64,000 nt of DNA. Source: Antechinus flavipes (lineage: Eukaryota). The stretch is taken from contig NC_067400.1 in the NCBI RefSeq assembly GCF_016432865.1, forward strand, positions 480,004,001 to 480,068,000. Direction: 5' to 3'. Both the position numbers and the translations under genes were made by a program. Below the pieces are notes generated by a model. It was not told the origin of the DNA, did not search any database, and was given only the letters and a program-made list of their open reading frames with translations. The stretch's first letter is position 1. Every line of letters begins with the position of its first letter. Of the stretch, positions 1 to 11,500 are shown piece after piece.

Positions 1-975
1 GGCTTGGGGGCTAACTAAAGATAACCAGTAGCAGATTTTTCTCAGAGATATAAACTGGGGTGGGGATGGAGGGAGGAAAGCAAACCAAATAAAATTTTGT
101 TTAGGACATTATAAGATTGATGGAGTCTAGTTAAAAAAAGAGTCCTACTCAACCCTCTTCTGAGCAGAGAATGATACTCAATGTGTGGGAAATCCCTTGG
201 CGACTCATTTCGGTTTAAGAACTGTTTTAACAATTACATTTTGACATTTTAACAATAATTGATTATTAGTGATTTGAAGAATATTTTCATGTAACTATTA
301 ATATATTGGATTTCTGCTCTTGAGAACTGCCTATTCATATCCTTTTGACCACATCAATTAGAGAATGGCTTTTATTCTTACAAGCATGAATCACTTCCTT
401 TATATATCTTAGAAATGAGACCTTTGTCACAGAAATTTTCAGCAAAGATTGAAACTTTTTGGATAAGAGAAATGTGCCTATGGATATTATAAGGAGAAAA
501 GATAATACTGTTAATTGAAAAAAAACAATGCTATGTTACAATAGAATTGGCTATGCTGTGAGGCACTATACTAATATATTTCATCAAAGACTAGATGACT
601 AGTTGGAAATGGAACTATTTCTGCATTGGGAAGATGCAGAATGAATAACCTCTGAATTTTTTTGTAATTCTTAAATACCAACGTACATCGACTTCTACTT
701 TGTGCTGGGAGATCAGAAATAATACATGAAAAAGAAGAGAAACACCTAGGAAGAAGGTAAATCCAAATGATGTCCCTGCACTTCAATTCCTGCCTTCCTA
801 GTTAGTTACATTGTGTATTTTTGGGCCACTCTCATCTTATATATATAGGAATGATATTTTTAAACTTACTGTAAATTTAACAGGTTTTGAATTCCCCAAA
901 AGGCCTCATCCTATAACAAAAAATAATCCCTCCCTCTTCAAATGTAGTGCTTCATTGTTATGAGCACTATCATTT

Positions 976-2036
976 TTTTAATTTAATTTTTATTTAATAA
1001 TTACTTTATATTGACACTCGTTTCTGTTCCGATTTTTTTTCCCCTCCCTCCCTCTACCCCCTCCCCTAGATGGCAAGCAGTCCTTTATATGTTGGATATG
1101 TTGCAGTATATCCTAGATACAATATATGTTTGCAGAACCGAACAGTTCTCTTGTTGCATAGGAAGAATTGGATTCAGAAGGTATAAATAACCCGGGAAGA
1201 AAAACAAAAATGCAGATAGTTCACATTCGTTTCCCAGTGTTCTTTCTTTGGGTGTAGCTGCTTTTGTCCGTCATTTATCAATTGAAACTCAGGTCTCTTT
1301 GTCAAAGAAATCCACTTCCATCAAAATATGTCCTCATACAATATCGTTGTCGAAGTGTATAATGATCTCCTGGTTCTGCTCATTTCACTTAGCATCAGTT
1401 CATGTAAGTCTCGCCAGTCCTCTCTGTATTCATCCTGCTGGTCATTTCTTACAGAACAATAATATTCCATAACATTCATATACCACAATTTACCTAGCCA
1501 TTCTCCAATTGATGGGCATCCATTCATTTTCCAGTTTCTAGCCACTACAAACAGGGCTGCTACAAACATTTTGGCACATACAGGTCCCTTTCCCTTCTTT
1601 AGTGTTTTTTTGGGATATAAGCCCAATAGAAACACTGCTGGATCAAAGGGTATGCACAATTTGATAATTTTTTGGGCATAATTCCAGATTGCTCTCCAGA
1701 ATGGCTGAATTCGTTCACAACTCCACCAACAATGCATTAGTGTCCCAGTTTTCCCGCATCCCCTCCAACATTCATCATTATTTTTTCCTGTCATCTTAGC
1801 CAATCTGACAGGTGTGTAGTGGTATCTCAGAGTTGTCTTAATTTGCATTTCTCTGATCAATAATGATTTGGAACACTCTTTCATATGAGTGGTAATAGTT
1901 TCAATTTCATCCTCTGAAAATTGTCTGTTCATATCCTTTGATCATTTATCAATTGGAGAATGGCTTGATTTCTTATAAATTTGAGTCAGTTCTCTATATA
2001 TTTTGGAAATGAGGCCTTTATCAGAACCTTTAACTG
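976..2036 (-). mobile_element. Young 5'-truncated L1 (ORF2 C-terminus plus 3'UTR) with a 16-bp TSD
   Basis: Open 203-codon ORF2 tail (HMKECSKSLLIREMQIKTTLRYH...CWRGCGKTGTLMHCWW). TSD atgagcactatcattt at 960-975 and 2037-2052, with a TT/AAA endonuclease-type site. Confidence 0.95.
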
Positions 2037-3726
2037 ATGAGCACTATCATTTAAGTCTTTCCACCAACCTGTGATGGGAGGAAGTCAAGGTAAATCATGC
2101 AAATATTATCATGCCCATTTTACTAATGAAAATGGTAACAAATAGTGGAAGCTGACAATAAGAGAAAAAACATAGCTTTGGTCTGGGGCTTTCTGCATTA
2201 TTTGCTGCTGTCTCTGCTGGATAACTACTTAGGACTAAGACATGTTATTTAATTTTTCATAAATTGTGGGAAAGGTAAATACCTACCACTTCCCATCTGT
2301 TCATAACAATGAGAGTGGAAGATAAATTAAAAGAATTACAAATATTTTAAAATAGAAATATTTATAATGGGCATAAAACAAAAATCCATTTTGACATGAG
2401 TGTAAAGATATCACCTTCCTCATTAGTCATAATACCAGGTAAGGGTAAGGACTGATCATTTATGGCACCTGCATTGGGAATGGGTAAGTGGAAAGGACAG
2501 GAGGATGTGAAGGAAGGCATGTTGCTGGGGTGGGAAGCTGGCAAATTACCCTGGGAGGATTCCTGTCTTTTGGAACTTGGGGGAGGGGGGTTCATTTTAA
2601 ATAGTAAATGTATTCAAGAAACAAATGATTCCAAAGGAGGGTACAAGAAGACACCTGGAATTCCAAATAAAAATCTCAGACTTAAAATCCAATTCTTGAA
2701 TAGTGGTCCTTTAATAGGTGAGAATTCTCCCTGACCTCCTGGCTTTAATAGCTGTGGGATTTCTGCCAAGTCATTTACTTCCTGGGCGTGCATCATCTAC
2801 AAAATATCTGATGGACTTGTTTCACACAGAGTTGTGTTTGTTAATGAGAACGTGTTTGGGACAGTACTTTGTAAACTGTGAGTTATCACTGTATCTTCAC
2901 TAAAACTTGAAGGCCAGTGAGAACAGACACTGTTTCTTTGATTCTTTAGGGCTTCCTTTTCCAGCACAGATTGAATCTCTCTCACTCCGTGTGATTCTTG
3001 TTCATGTTCACAGAACATCTGCTCAACATGCTAGAGGACTCTTAACCTTTTATAGGTATCGGGAGAGGACCTAGGATATCTCTGCTTTTATAGCCCTCAA
3101 TTGAATGACCTGACTGGTCCTTTTTTTTTTTTTTTTTTTCAATCAAATAATTGGGGCAAAAAGAGAAAAAAAGTTTTGCTGTTTGCTATGGCATTTGGAA
3201 CAGTAGATTGTCATAATTCATAGCCTTCCACACACAGTATGGGCTTGGTAATAATCTATGGAAATGCAGAGGCAACAGGAAATGGTGGAGAGAGCACTAT
3301 AATCAGCTCTAGATGCTGCTGGTGTGAATCCTGACCAAGATAACATGCTTAGTTGTGTGGCCAGGGGTAAATCACTTCTTTATCCTCTCAGGATCTCTGT
3401 TTAGACATTTTTAAAAAGAGTACTTAGATTTGAATTCTACTCAGAGGTCTGCTGAAAGGTACTTTGCACATCTTTAAGTGCTCTATAAATAGAAATTATT
3501 TTTGTTAATTAAAATTAATGACTTAAAGTATTCCCAAAATAGAGCAGGGTACCCAAGATGGTGATGGGGAAGGGGAAGAGAGTAGGAAACGACACACAAA
3601 AGATAAGCTCCCAGTTTGTTATACTGACTAATCTTTTCATTTCAGCTCCGAAGCTCATGGTGCTGTCGTCACAAGGATAAAAGACTAGTAAGACTCTACA
3701 GCCATCTACTGGCAAAATTCAAGGGA

Positions 3727-3918
3727 TTTATTTATTTAGATTCATCAGTGCACTGTGGAATATGTGGAAGCCCTCCCCCCAAAAAATATATTTACTAGTA
3801 AAAAGATGAAGACAAATCCAGGTCAGAAAGTGCTCTTCAGTCTTTGGCCAATGCTGTCATATTTAACTGTTTTGAAGAAGAGTTAGGGACTAAAACTTAA
3901 GACCATCGGAACTTTATT
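3727..3918 (-). terminator. DDX25: Candidate DDX25 polyadenylation signals (AATAAA at 3913-3918 and overlapping pair at 3727-3736)
   Basis: tttatt hexamers on the plus strand, about 135 and 315 nt downstream of the stop. Which one is used is unknown. Confidence 0.5.
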
Positions 3919-4051
3919 TTGCTGCATGACAAACATGAGTTTTCCTTCTGAAGAAGCCTCAACAATCAAATTACAATTGTAGCTTTCTGGAACCTGTTTA
4001 TGTACACATAAACGCATATGTGTTTTGTAAACCCCCTGTTAAATCTTCACT

Positions 4052-4113
4052 TTAATATTCAATCTTTTCAATTTCATCCATGTCATCTGGATCCAGTTGC
4101 TTAATCTTGCTGT
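4052..4113 (-). CDS. DDX25: DDX25 exon 12 coding part ([20 protein letters not shown])
   Basis: Acceptor cattctttcag; TAA at 4052-4054. Not in the ORF track. Confidence 0.95.
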
Positions 4114-7100
4114 CTGAAAGAATGTAAAAGGACACAGTGGGCAAGTCAATACCATTTCTGTAGGCAGAAAATCCATGAATTCTATCCAACCATTCCGAAT
4201 TACACAGTGATAGCACTTTTAATCAACAAGATGCACTTAAAGTAACTTCTTTGTCAGAAACTTTGCAAAGACGACTAGAAATAACAGAGACGGCAATGAG
4301 ATTTGCTCCATTACTGTACTGATGAGGTGACCCTGGGTTCTTGCAGAAAGGCGCTAAGGCAGGGCCTACACACGGACTATAAGTAATCTCCTGAGGTCCG
4401 GGCTAGCTGAATAAATTTGCAAATGCTCATCACCTGGATTGCAGTGATGAAAAGTCTGGCCACAGCAACTCTTAAAGCTTGTTAAGGCAGAGAGGTTTAT
4501 GAACTGAGCCTGGGGTGATGGTGCCATTGCAGTAACTAAAGTAAGGTGATATTCTAAAAGTACCTATTCACATCTTCCTGACAACCACATAATCCACATA
4601 GACAAACCCAGCTTAGATGGACGACACCCTCAATCTGTTCTCCCTTATAAGGCCATGAACATCTATCTAAGTTATGGAATTAGAACCAGTACATAAAAAT
4701 CAGATTCCCTTACATTAATTTGAGTAATTATTCTACCTTCATCACAGTATAGATCTATATCCACATATGTATCTCTGTGTATATACAATATCCTTCAAAT
4801 GAATTCCCTCTGTGGGGCAGCTAGGTGGCACTGTGGATAGCATCCTGGCCCCAGAGTCTGGAAGACCTGAGTTCAAATTTAGTCTCAGATACTAGCTGTG
4901 TGATCCTGGCCAACTCAATTAACGCTAATAAGCTCCATCTTCTCAAAAAGAAAAGAATTCATTCTTTCCTACTAAGCTTGGCACTTCTAAGATTTAGTAA
5001 TTAAGTAAAAATAGTCAGTCCCTGACCAGCTGCTTGATACTACCTTGGGTACTTCTGAACTTTGGATAAATTAGCCAAAAAGGTTACTGCAAAATATCTA
5101 GTCCACTATTTCAACTGACTATCTTATCTTTCCTAAAAGTATATTTGTTAAAAGCAATTTGGAATTATGCCCCTAAAGTTACTAAGATATGCATGACCTT
5201 TGACTCAAACATACACATCTTATGCCATAAAAAGATCAAAGAGAGAAAAAGACCCCTATGTATAAAAATATTTGTAGTGGCTCTTTTTGAGGTGACAGAA
5301 CCAGAGACCATTCAACTCGTGTCAATAGATTAACAAACTTATGTATTCATATAATATTTATAATATTCATATACAATTTTAGAAGAAATTAAGAAAGGGA
5401 TAATTTCAGAGAAACTTAGAAAGATTTGTATAGCCTAATACAGAGTGAAGGGATCAGAACCAGCGAGCAATATATGCTCTAACTACGTATTTTTTTTTTG
5501 GTGGGGGGAGGCCCAAGGCAATCAGGGTTAAGTAACTTGCCCAGGATCACACAGTAAGTGTCAAGTATCTGAGACTGGCGTTAAACTCAGGTTCCCCTGA
5601 CTGCAGGGCTGCCTCCACTGACTCTATCCACTGCTCCTGCTAAGCACATTATAAAAACAAACTCTGAAAGACTAAAGAATTTTGATCAAGGAGATGACCA
5701 ACTAAGATTACAGGAGACTAGTATATGAAGCACTCTGCCTACTTCCTAACAGTGGTTATGGACTGGAGATACAGAATGTGACATGTGTTTTTGGACATGG
5801 CCAAAGTAAGAATTTGCTTTGCCTGATTATGCATAATTGTTACAAGAGTTTTCCCTTTTTTCCTCCCCAGGGGGGATGGTGAGGTTGCATCAAGAAAAAA
5901 TAAATGTTTTGAGAGCTGAAAAATGTAATTAAAAGAATGTTAAAAGTTCAAGTCAAGATCTATACAATGGGACTGAGAGTGCTTTGTGAATGAATCAATA
6001 TTTATCTACTATGACTAAATGTTACTTTGTCTCAACCAGTACCTAAGTATTTGTTAAGCACATTCTGTGCGCCAGGTGCCATCCTAAGGCTGGTGACAAA
6101 AAGAAAGGCAAAAACAATCCCTGTTCTCAGGTCAATTAGTATTGGTATTGATATGCTTCTTTTAAAGTCCTATTGCAATGTCTCACTCTGGCTCTCAAAG
6201 CTACTACTGGCAGAAAACCTTAGAGGTCCTACCAAGCTAGAAAGGTCTTGAATAAAAACTTATATGAGAATCATCTGAACTACACAGAGAACATCTTGTC
6301 ATCAAAAATTTGGTCATCAGGTATTGCATTATTTTGGCCATAGAAAGTGATAAAAATCTGCTGGAGTAGGTAAAAAGTGCAGGATGTGTCCACACTAATA
6401 AAAGCATACATTTTTGTATAACTGAAGAATGATGATACATACACAGGTGGGTCAGTGCCTGGGTACATCTGACTTTGTGGAATACTATGCTTCTTAACTT
6501 TAAAACTCTTGTCACTTAAGGATCCTGAAAGCCAGTTACAATGGCTCTGTCTGAGGAATGTGTCAGCAAAATCCACACATGCTGTCTGACTCCAGAGTTC
6601 CATAGTGTAACAACATTTTTTGGTGGCAAACTAATCTGAATCTTCACAATCTTTTGTGAAGTAAGTCTCTTGATTCTAAGTTACATACCTGGGTCTTGCT
6701 AATGATATTATCTATAAGTGTATATATTGTATATATTTGTTCTTTTCAGCAATATTTCATTTTGCAATTGTGGTCTATGTTTGGGGACAGGAATGAGGCA
6801 AGAAGAAGGAGGATATATTTGAACTATGACCAAAAAAGATATAATTTACTTTATGGAGAATATGTTACTTACTGAAGTGATCCTGAATTTTAAAAAGTAA
6901 GGGCAACTTATTCACTTCAATCATGTTGAAGGCAATGCCCTTTTTCCCAAAGCGGCCTGTTCGTCCTATTCGATGGAGGTAGGTTTCATAGTCTGGTTCA
7001 CCAGTTTGGTTTAAAGGAAGATCAAAATTCACAACAATTGTGACTTGTTTCACATCAATGCCTAGAGAGAGACAAAGAAAGAAAGAGAAAAAATATTGAC

Positions 7101-8210
7101 AAGTGATTCTGACTAACAAGTCCCACTATTTTTCCCAGGAGAAAAAATTGATAAATGACCAAATATTTTATGGAATTATTATTCAATGGGGAAGCCAAGT
7201 TTGCTTTCAAATAAATGAAATACCTATTTTGGATCTAGCATCTTTAACAAAGCTGGATTAGAAACAGATAACTGCTAAATCTGTCTATAAGGTAAATATG
7301 TATGGAGGGGAAGTCCTAAACACACCTATAAAGCCAAATACATTAAAATATTCCCTTCCGGTGCTGAAGTGAAAAGCATGAAGCCATCAACTTAAATTCT
7401 CCTTTCTCAAAAAATGCATCCATCTGTGTTCTTCTAGGCCCACAGTGGTTTCAGAGGGATGAATGAGAAGACTGCAGATAACAAAGATGAAGAATTTAAC
7501 CTTGAGGATAAACCTGGAAAGAATGCTTATGAGAACCTGAAGCTTTTACAAAATAGCCAATATCTCTATATCTAAAAAATAAAACAAAACCAAAAAAAGG
7601 ATCAAAATCCACACCTCGAGCACAGACATTGGTGGTTATAAGGACTTTCTCTTTCCCATCACGAAACCTCTGGATGATTGAAGCCCGCTGATCAACTGTC
7701 AGCTCTCCACTTAACAAAGATACTTGGTGGCCATCCTGCATCATCTCCACAGTTAACCACTTTGCATTTCGACGAGTCTGTTGAAAAATAAACCAAAAAA
7801 TACATCCATAAGGTTAAGGCATAGTTGCTGTATAAAATGAGGAATGAGAGAGAGAAAAAGATCCTTTCATTTCCCATTAATTCTTGTAAACCCTTTAGAA
7901 TATGCTTTACTGGGATACCTAGGTAGCTCAGCGGATAAAGCACCAGCCCTGAAGTCAGGAGGACCTAACTTCAAATCTGGTCTCAGACACTTAACCCTTT
8001 CTGTGTGACCCTGGGCAAGTCACTTAACCCCAATTGCCTTAGCAAAAAACAAACAAACAAAAAAAAAGTATATGCTTTACTGATTTACCTTTCTCCTACA
8101 TCAAAGACCAAAAGACAGGCTCAATATGATAACATCTTACATTTGTCCTGAGCTTTACAGATGTAGAAATGCTTTGAAAATGTAATATATACGTATGTAT
8201 GTGTATATGT

Positions 8211-8249
<39 letters not shown>

Positions 8250-8463
8250 TGAGATCAAGAACCAATGAATAAGTGGTCGAAAGATATAAAAGATCAATTC
8301 TCAAAAAAACAAAACAACAACAAACTATTTTAAAGATTGTTCCAAATAATTAAGAAGAGAAATTTATCTTATCTATTTAAAAACCCTCTCTGAGGCTTTA
8401 CCTCATGCCCAGAAAATTATATCCCAGAGGATATAATGATTAGAACAGTGTTGGAGGGATAAT

Positions 8464-8525
<62 letters not shown>

Positions 8526-11500
8526 ACACTAATATACTTTGGATAAGCTATAAATTGGTCTAACTATTTTGGAAAGTAATTTTTAAGTAATGCTGAAGAA
8601 TCTAACTAAAATATCCATACCTTTCAATTTATATATTTTAGTGCTAGGCATATGCCAGTATAAAGAAGGTCAAAGATAGGAAAAAAAAGTCCCATATACA
8701 CTAAAATATGGATAGCACTTTTTGTAGTTACAAAGAACTGGAAACAAAGTAGATACCCATTGATTAGGGAATAATTAAACAAATAAATGGCACATAAATA
8801 TGATGGAATATTAATGTGCCATAAGAAATGATAGATATGAATCTGGGGAGGTACAAGAACATTTTTATGAACTGAAACAAAGCAATATAAGTACAATCTA
8901 GAAAACATGTGACAAATGTAAATTAAAAAAAAAAAACTGAACACTGTGTAATTATAATGACCAATCTTAACCCAGAAGAACTGAGAAAATATAATACTTC
9001 TAAACCTTTTTGAAGCTTTGAAGAGGTGGATGATTGTGGATATAGAACACTACATACACTATCAGATTTGGTTAATGTCTTGGTTAGTTTTGCTAAGCTG
9101 CCTTCTCTCCCCATTCTCCCACCTTTTTATTTTCCTTTTCCTTATTTTCATGTTGTATCACAATAAAGAGGACAATGGATGGAAAATGGACAACTTTGGA
9201 AATGAAGGAAATATGCTATCACAAAATTTTTAAAAAGTTCTCTCATTTGTGTCTTACTATAACTTTGTGAGGTTGGCAAGGTGGGTATAATTTATCATCT
9301 TCGTTTTTACACCTGGACAAATGGCTGTATATACAGGTTAAATCATTTGCCTAAGATCCTATAACATTAAAGCTGGCACTAACAGTCATGAGACTGATAA
9401 AATTTCTTACTCTAATAATCCAAAGGAATATTTTGTAGCCTTCTATGGATAAAGCATTAATTTTTTTAAGTGGCATTACATCATTGTTTTTAATTGTTGG
9501 CAATGAAATGGTTAGACTATAACCCTCTATAGTTGTGGCCAGTGCCTACTTTCAATATTTGAGGTAAGTTAACACCAGCAAGGAATCTCCCTCCTTTATA
9601 ATGTTTCCTTTTGTCTTTGTTAACAGCTGCACATGGCCCTGAAGCACAAGGAACTTGCCACAGAAGAGGGCTCAGGAAGGAGCCAGAGTTGTTGGGAAAG
9701 GAGAAACAATGTGATTTTTTCCCTAGTTTATATTGTAGAGAGTTTATATTGTAGAAAGGATAGGGAAATGTCCTCTGCAAATGGGCAGGCAGGCCAAACT
9801 CCAAGAGTTGTTCCTTATAGTTATTAATAACCACTTCTCTCTCCATCAGCCAGAAACTAGGAAGCTACCTTCTCACTTATATTTCTGGCCTCTTTTGGTG
9901 GCTCTAATCCAGGCAGATTTAAAACTCTTCCCCCCCCCCCAGCTTGGATTTTTAAAATATGTATTTTATTTATTCCTCAATTACATTTAAAACAATATTT
10001 AAATTATTAAGAAGTTTTATGTTTCAAATTCTATCTCTTCCTTCCTTGCTTCCCCCTCCCCTCGATAGTAAGCAATCTGATATAGGTTACACATGTACCA
10101 TCATGTAAAACATTCCCATATTATGTAGTACAATAAGACTTCATTAAAAAATAGAAAGTGAAAGCTAGCATGTTTCAATCTCTATTCAGAGAATATCAGT
10201 TCTTTCTCTGGAGGCAGATAGTATGTGTCATTAATCCTTTGGGACTGTCTTGGATCATTGTAAAGTCATTCACAGTTCTTCATCATATGATATTGCTGTT
10301 TCTATGTACAACATTCTCCTGGTTCTGTTCAGTTCACTATGAATCAGTTCATGTAAGTCTAGGTTTTTCTAAAACCATCCCATCATTTCTTATAGCACAA
10401 TAATATACCACAGCTTGTTGAGCACTTCCCTAAATAATGGACATCCTTTCAATTTCAAATTCTTGGATATCATAAAAAGAGCTGAAGCTTGGATTTTTTG
10501 AAAAAGCCTAGTGAAAAAAAATCAAGGGATAATAGAGGAGTTTGCCTGTGGGATTTCTATCATCTATTGCCCTTATCTGGTGAGAAGTACTCACCAAAGT
10601 GAATTAGAAAAAGATTGGAGGCAATTAACAGTGCAGTTAAAATGACTATTTACCCTTCCCCTCTAACTCCAACTCCCAAATGGTTCTGAGAATTCGATCT
10701 ATGACCAAAGAACTGTATATCTAGCTTGATCATAATTGAAATGCTCTTTGGACATCACTGATGTCAACTACTGACAGCATGACCCCCTTAAGGCCTGAAC
10801 CACTATTCCCTTCCAAAATTATTGGAAATTATTCACTTTCTCATCCTCTTCTGCAGTCCAGAAGAACCTCTATAATTTTTCCAACCTGTTTCACTGAGTT
10901 TGTGATGGGCTCTTTGAATACTATCCATGTCACAGGAGTGGTATGATCAGGGATCCTAGTTAGGTCTAGTAGTACAGGCCCAAAGGTTGGAAGCTCTTGA
11001 ATTGGGCTTTGGTTCCTGCATCTGTAAATACATTCATGCTAGTATATTTATCTCCCATCTCCAAAAGGATGCTGACCAAAGCCAGGCATCCAGAACTGTG
11101 GCTGCTTCTGAGAAGGTCTTGTACTTTTTCTCATTGAAGAGCATCAAATAAAACTCCCTGGAGAAGAATTTATGTGTTCCAAGCATAAACTGTGTTTTTC
11201 ATCTAGTGAAAATGGAATTGCTTCAGCCAGTAAGATTATACTAAGGACCACCATTTACCACGGTCATCTTCTACATCAGTGAACTCCACAATGACAGAAT
11301 GTTTCTTGTTGGTGATGCTTGTCGACATGCAGGTCTTGTAGACCAGGACCAAGGTGGGGTCATTCGTAGTCTAATTGCACACAATGATGCAGGGAGACTA
11401 GTGGTCCTCGGGCAACGGGATATATAACACACCTCAGCTGTGATACAGTAGTAGTGCTGTTACTCATCATTGCTGTGTTCTTCTCTTGGCTACACTCTGG

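Noticed and set aside
2614-2796. Minus-strand ORF preceded by an AG acceptor downstream of DDX25
   Set aside because: No recognisable product (for example a neighbouring gene exon) and no convincing donor.
4310-4375. Hammerhead-ribozyme-like core (CTGATGA at 4319, GAAA at 4346, stem III AGGC/GCCT then A)
   Set aside because: Stem II lacks the G-C closing pair and stem I cannot form, and it lies antisense to DDX25. It is likely chance.
4319-4470. C/D-box snoRNA-like motifs (TGATGA...CTGA)
   Set aside because: They are on the strand opposite the host gene, with no terminal stem and no recognisable guide.
6237-6660. Overlapping ORFs (92 and 107 aa) with a coding-like look in DDX25 intron 11
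   Set aside because: No recognisable protein or transposase homology by eye, and stops occur in plausible frames. A BLASTx search would be needed.
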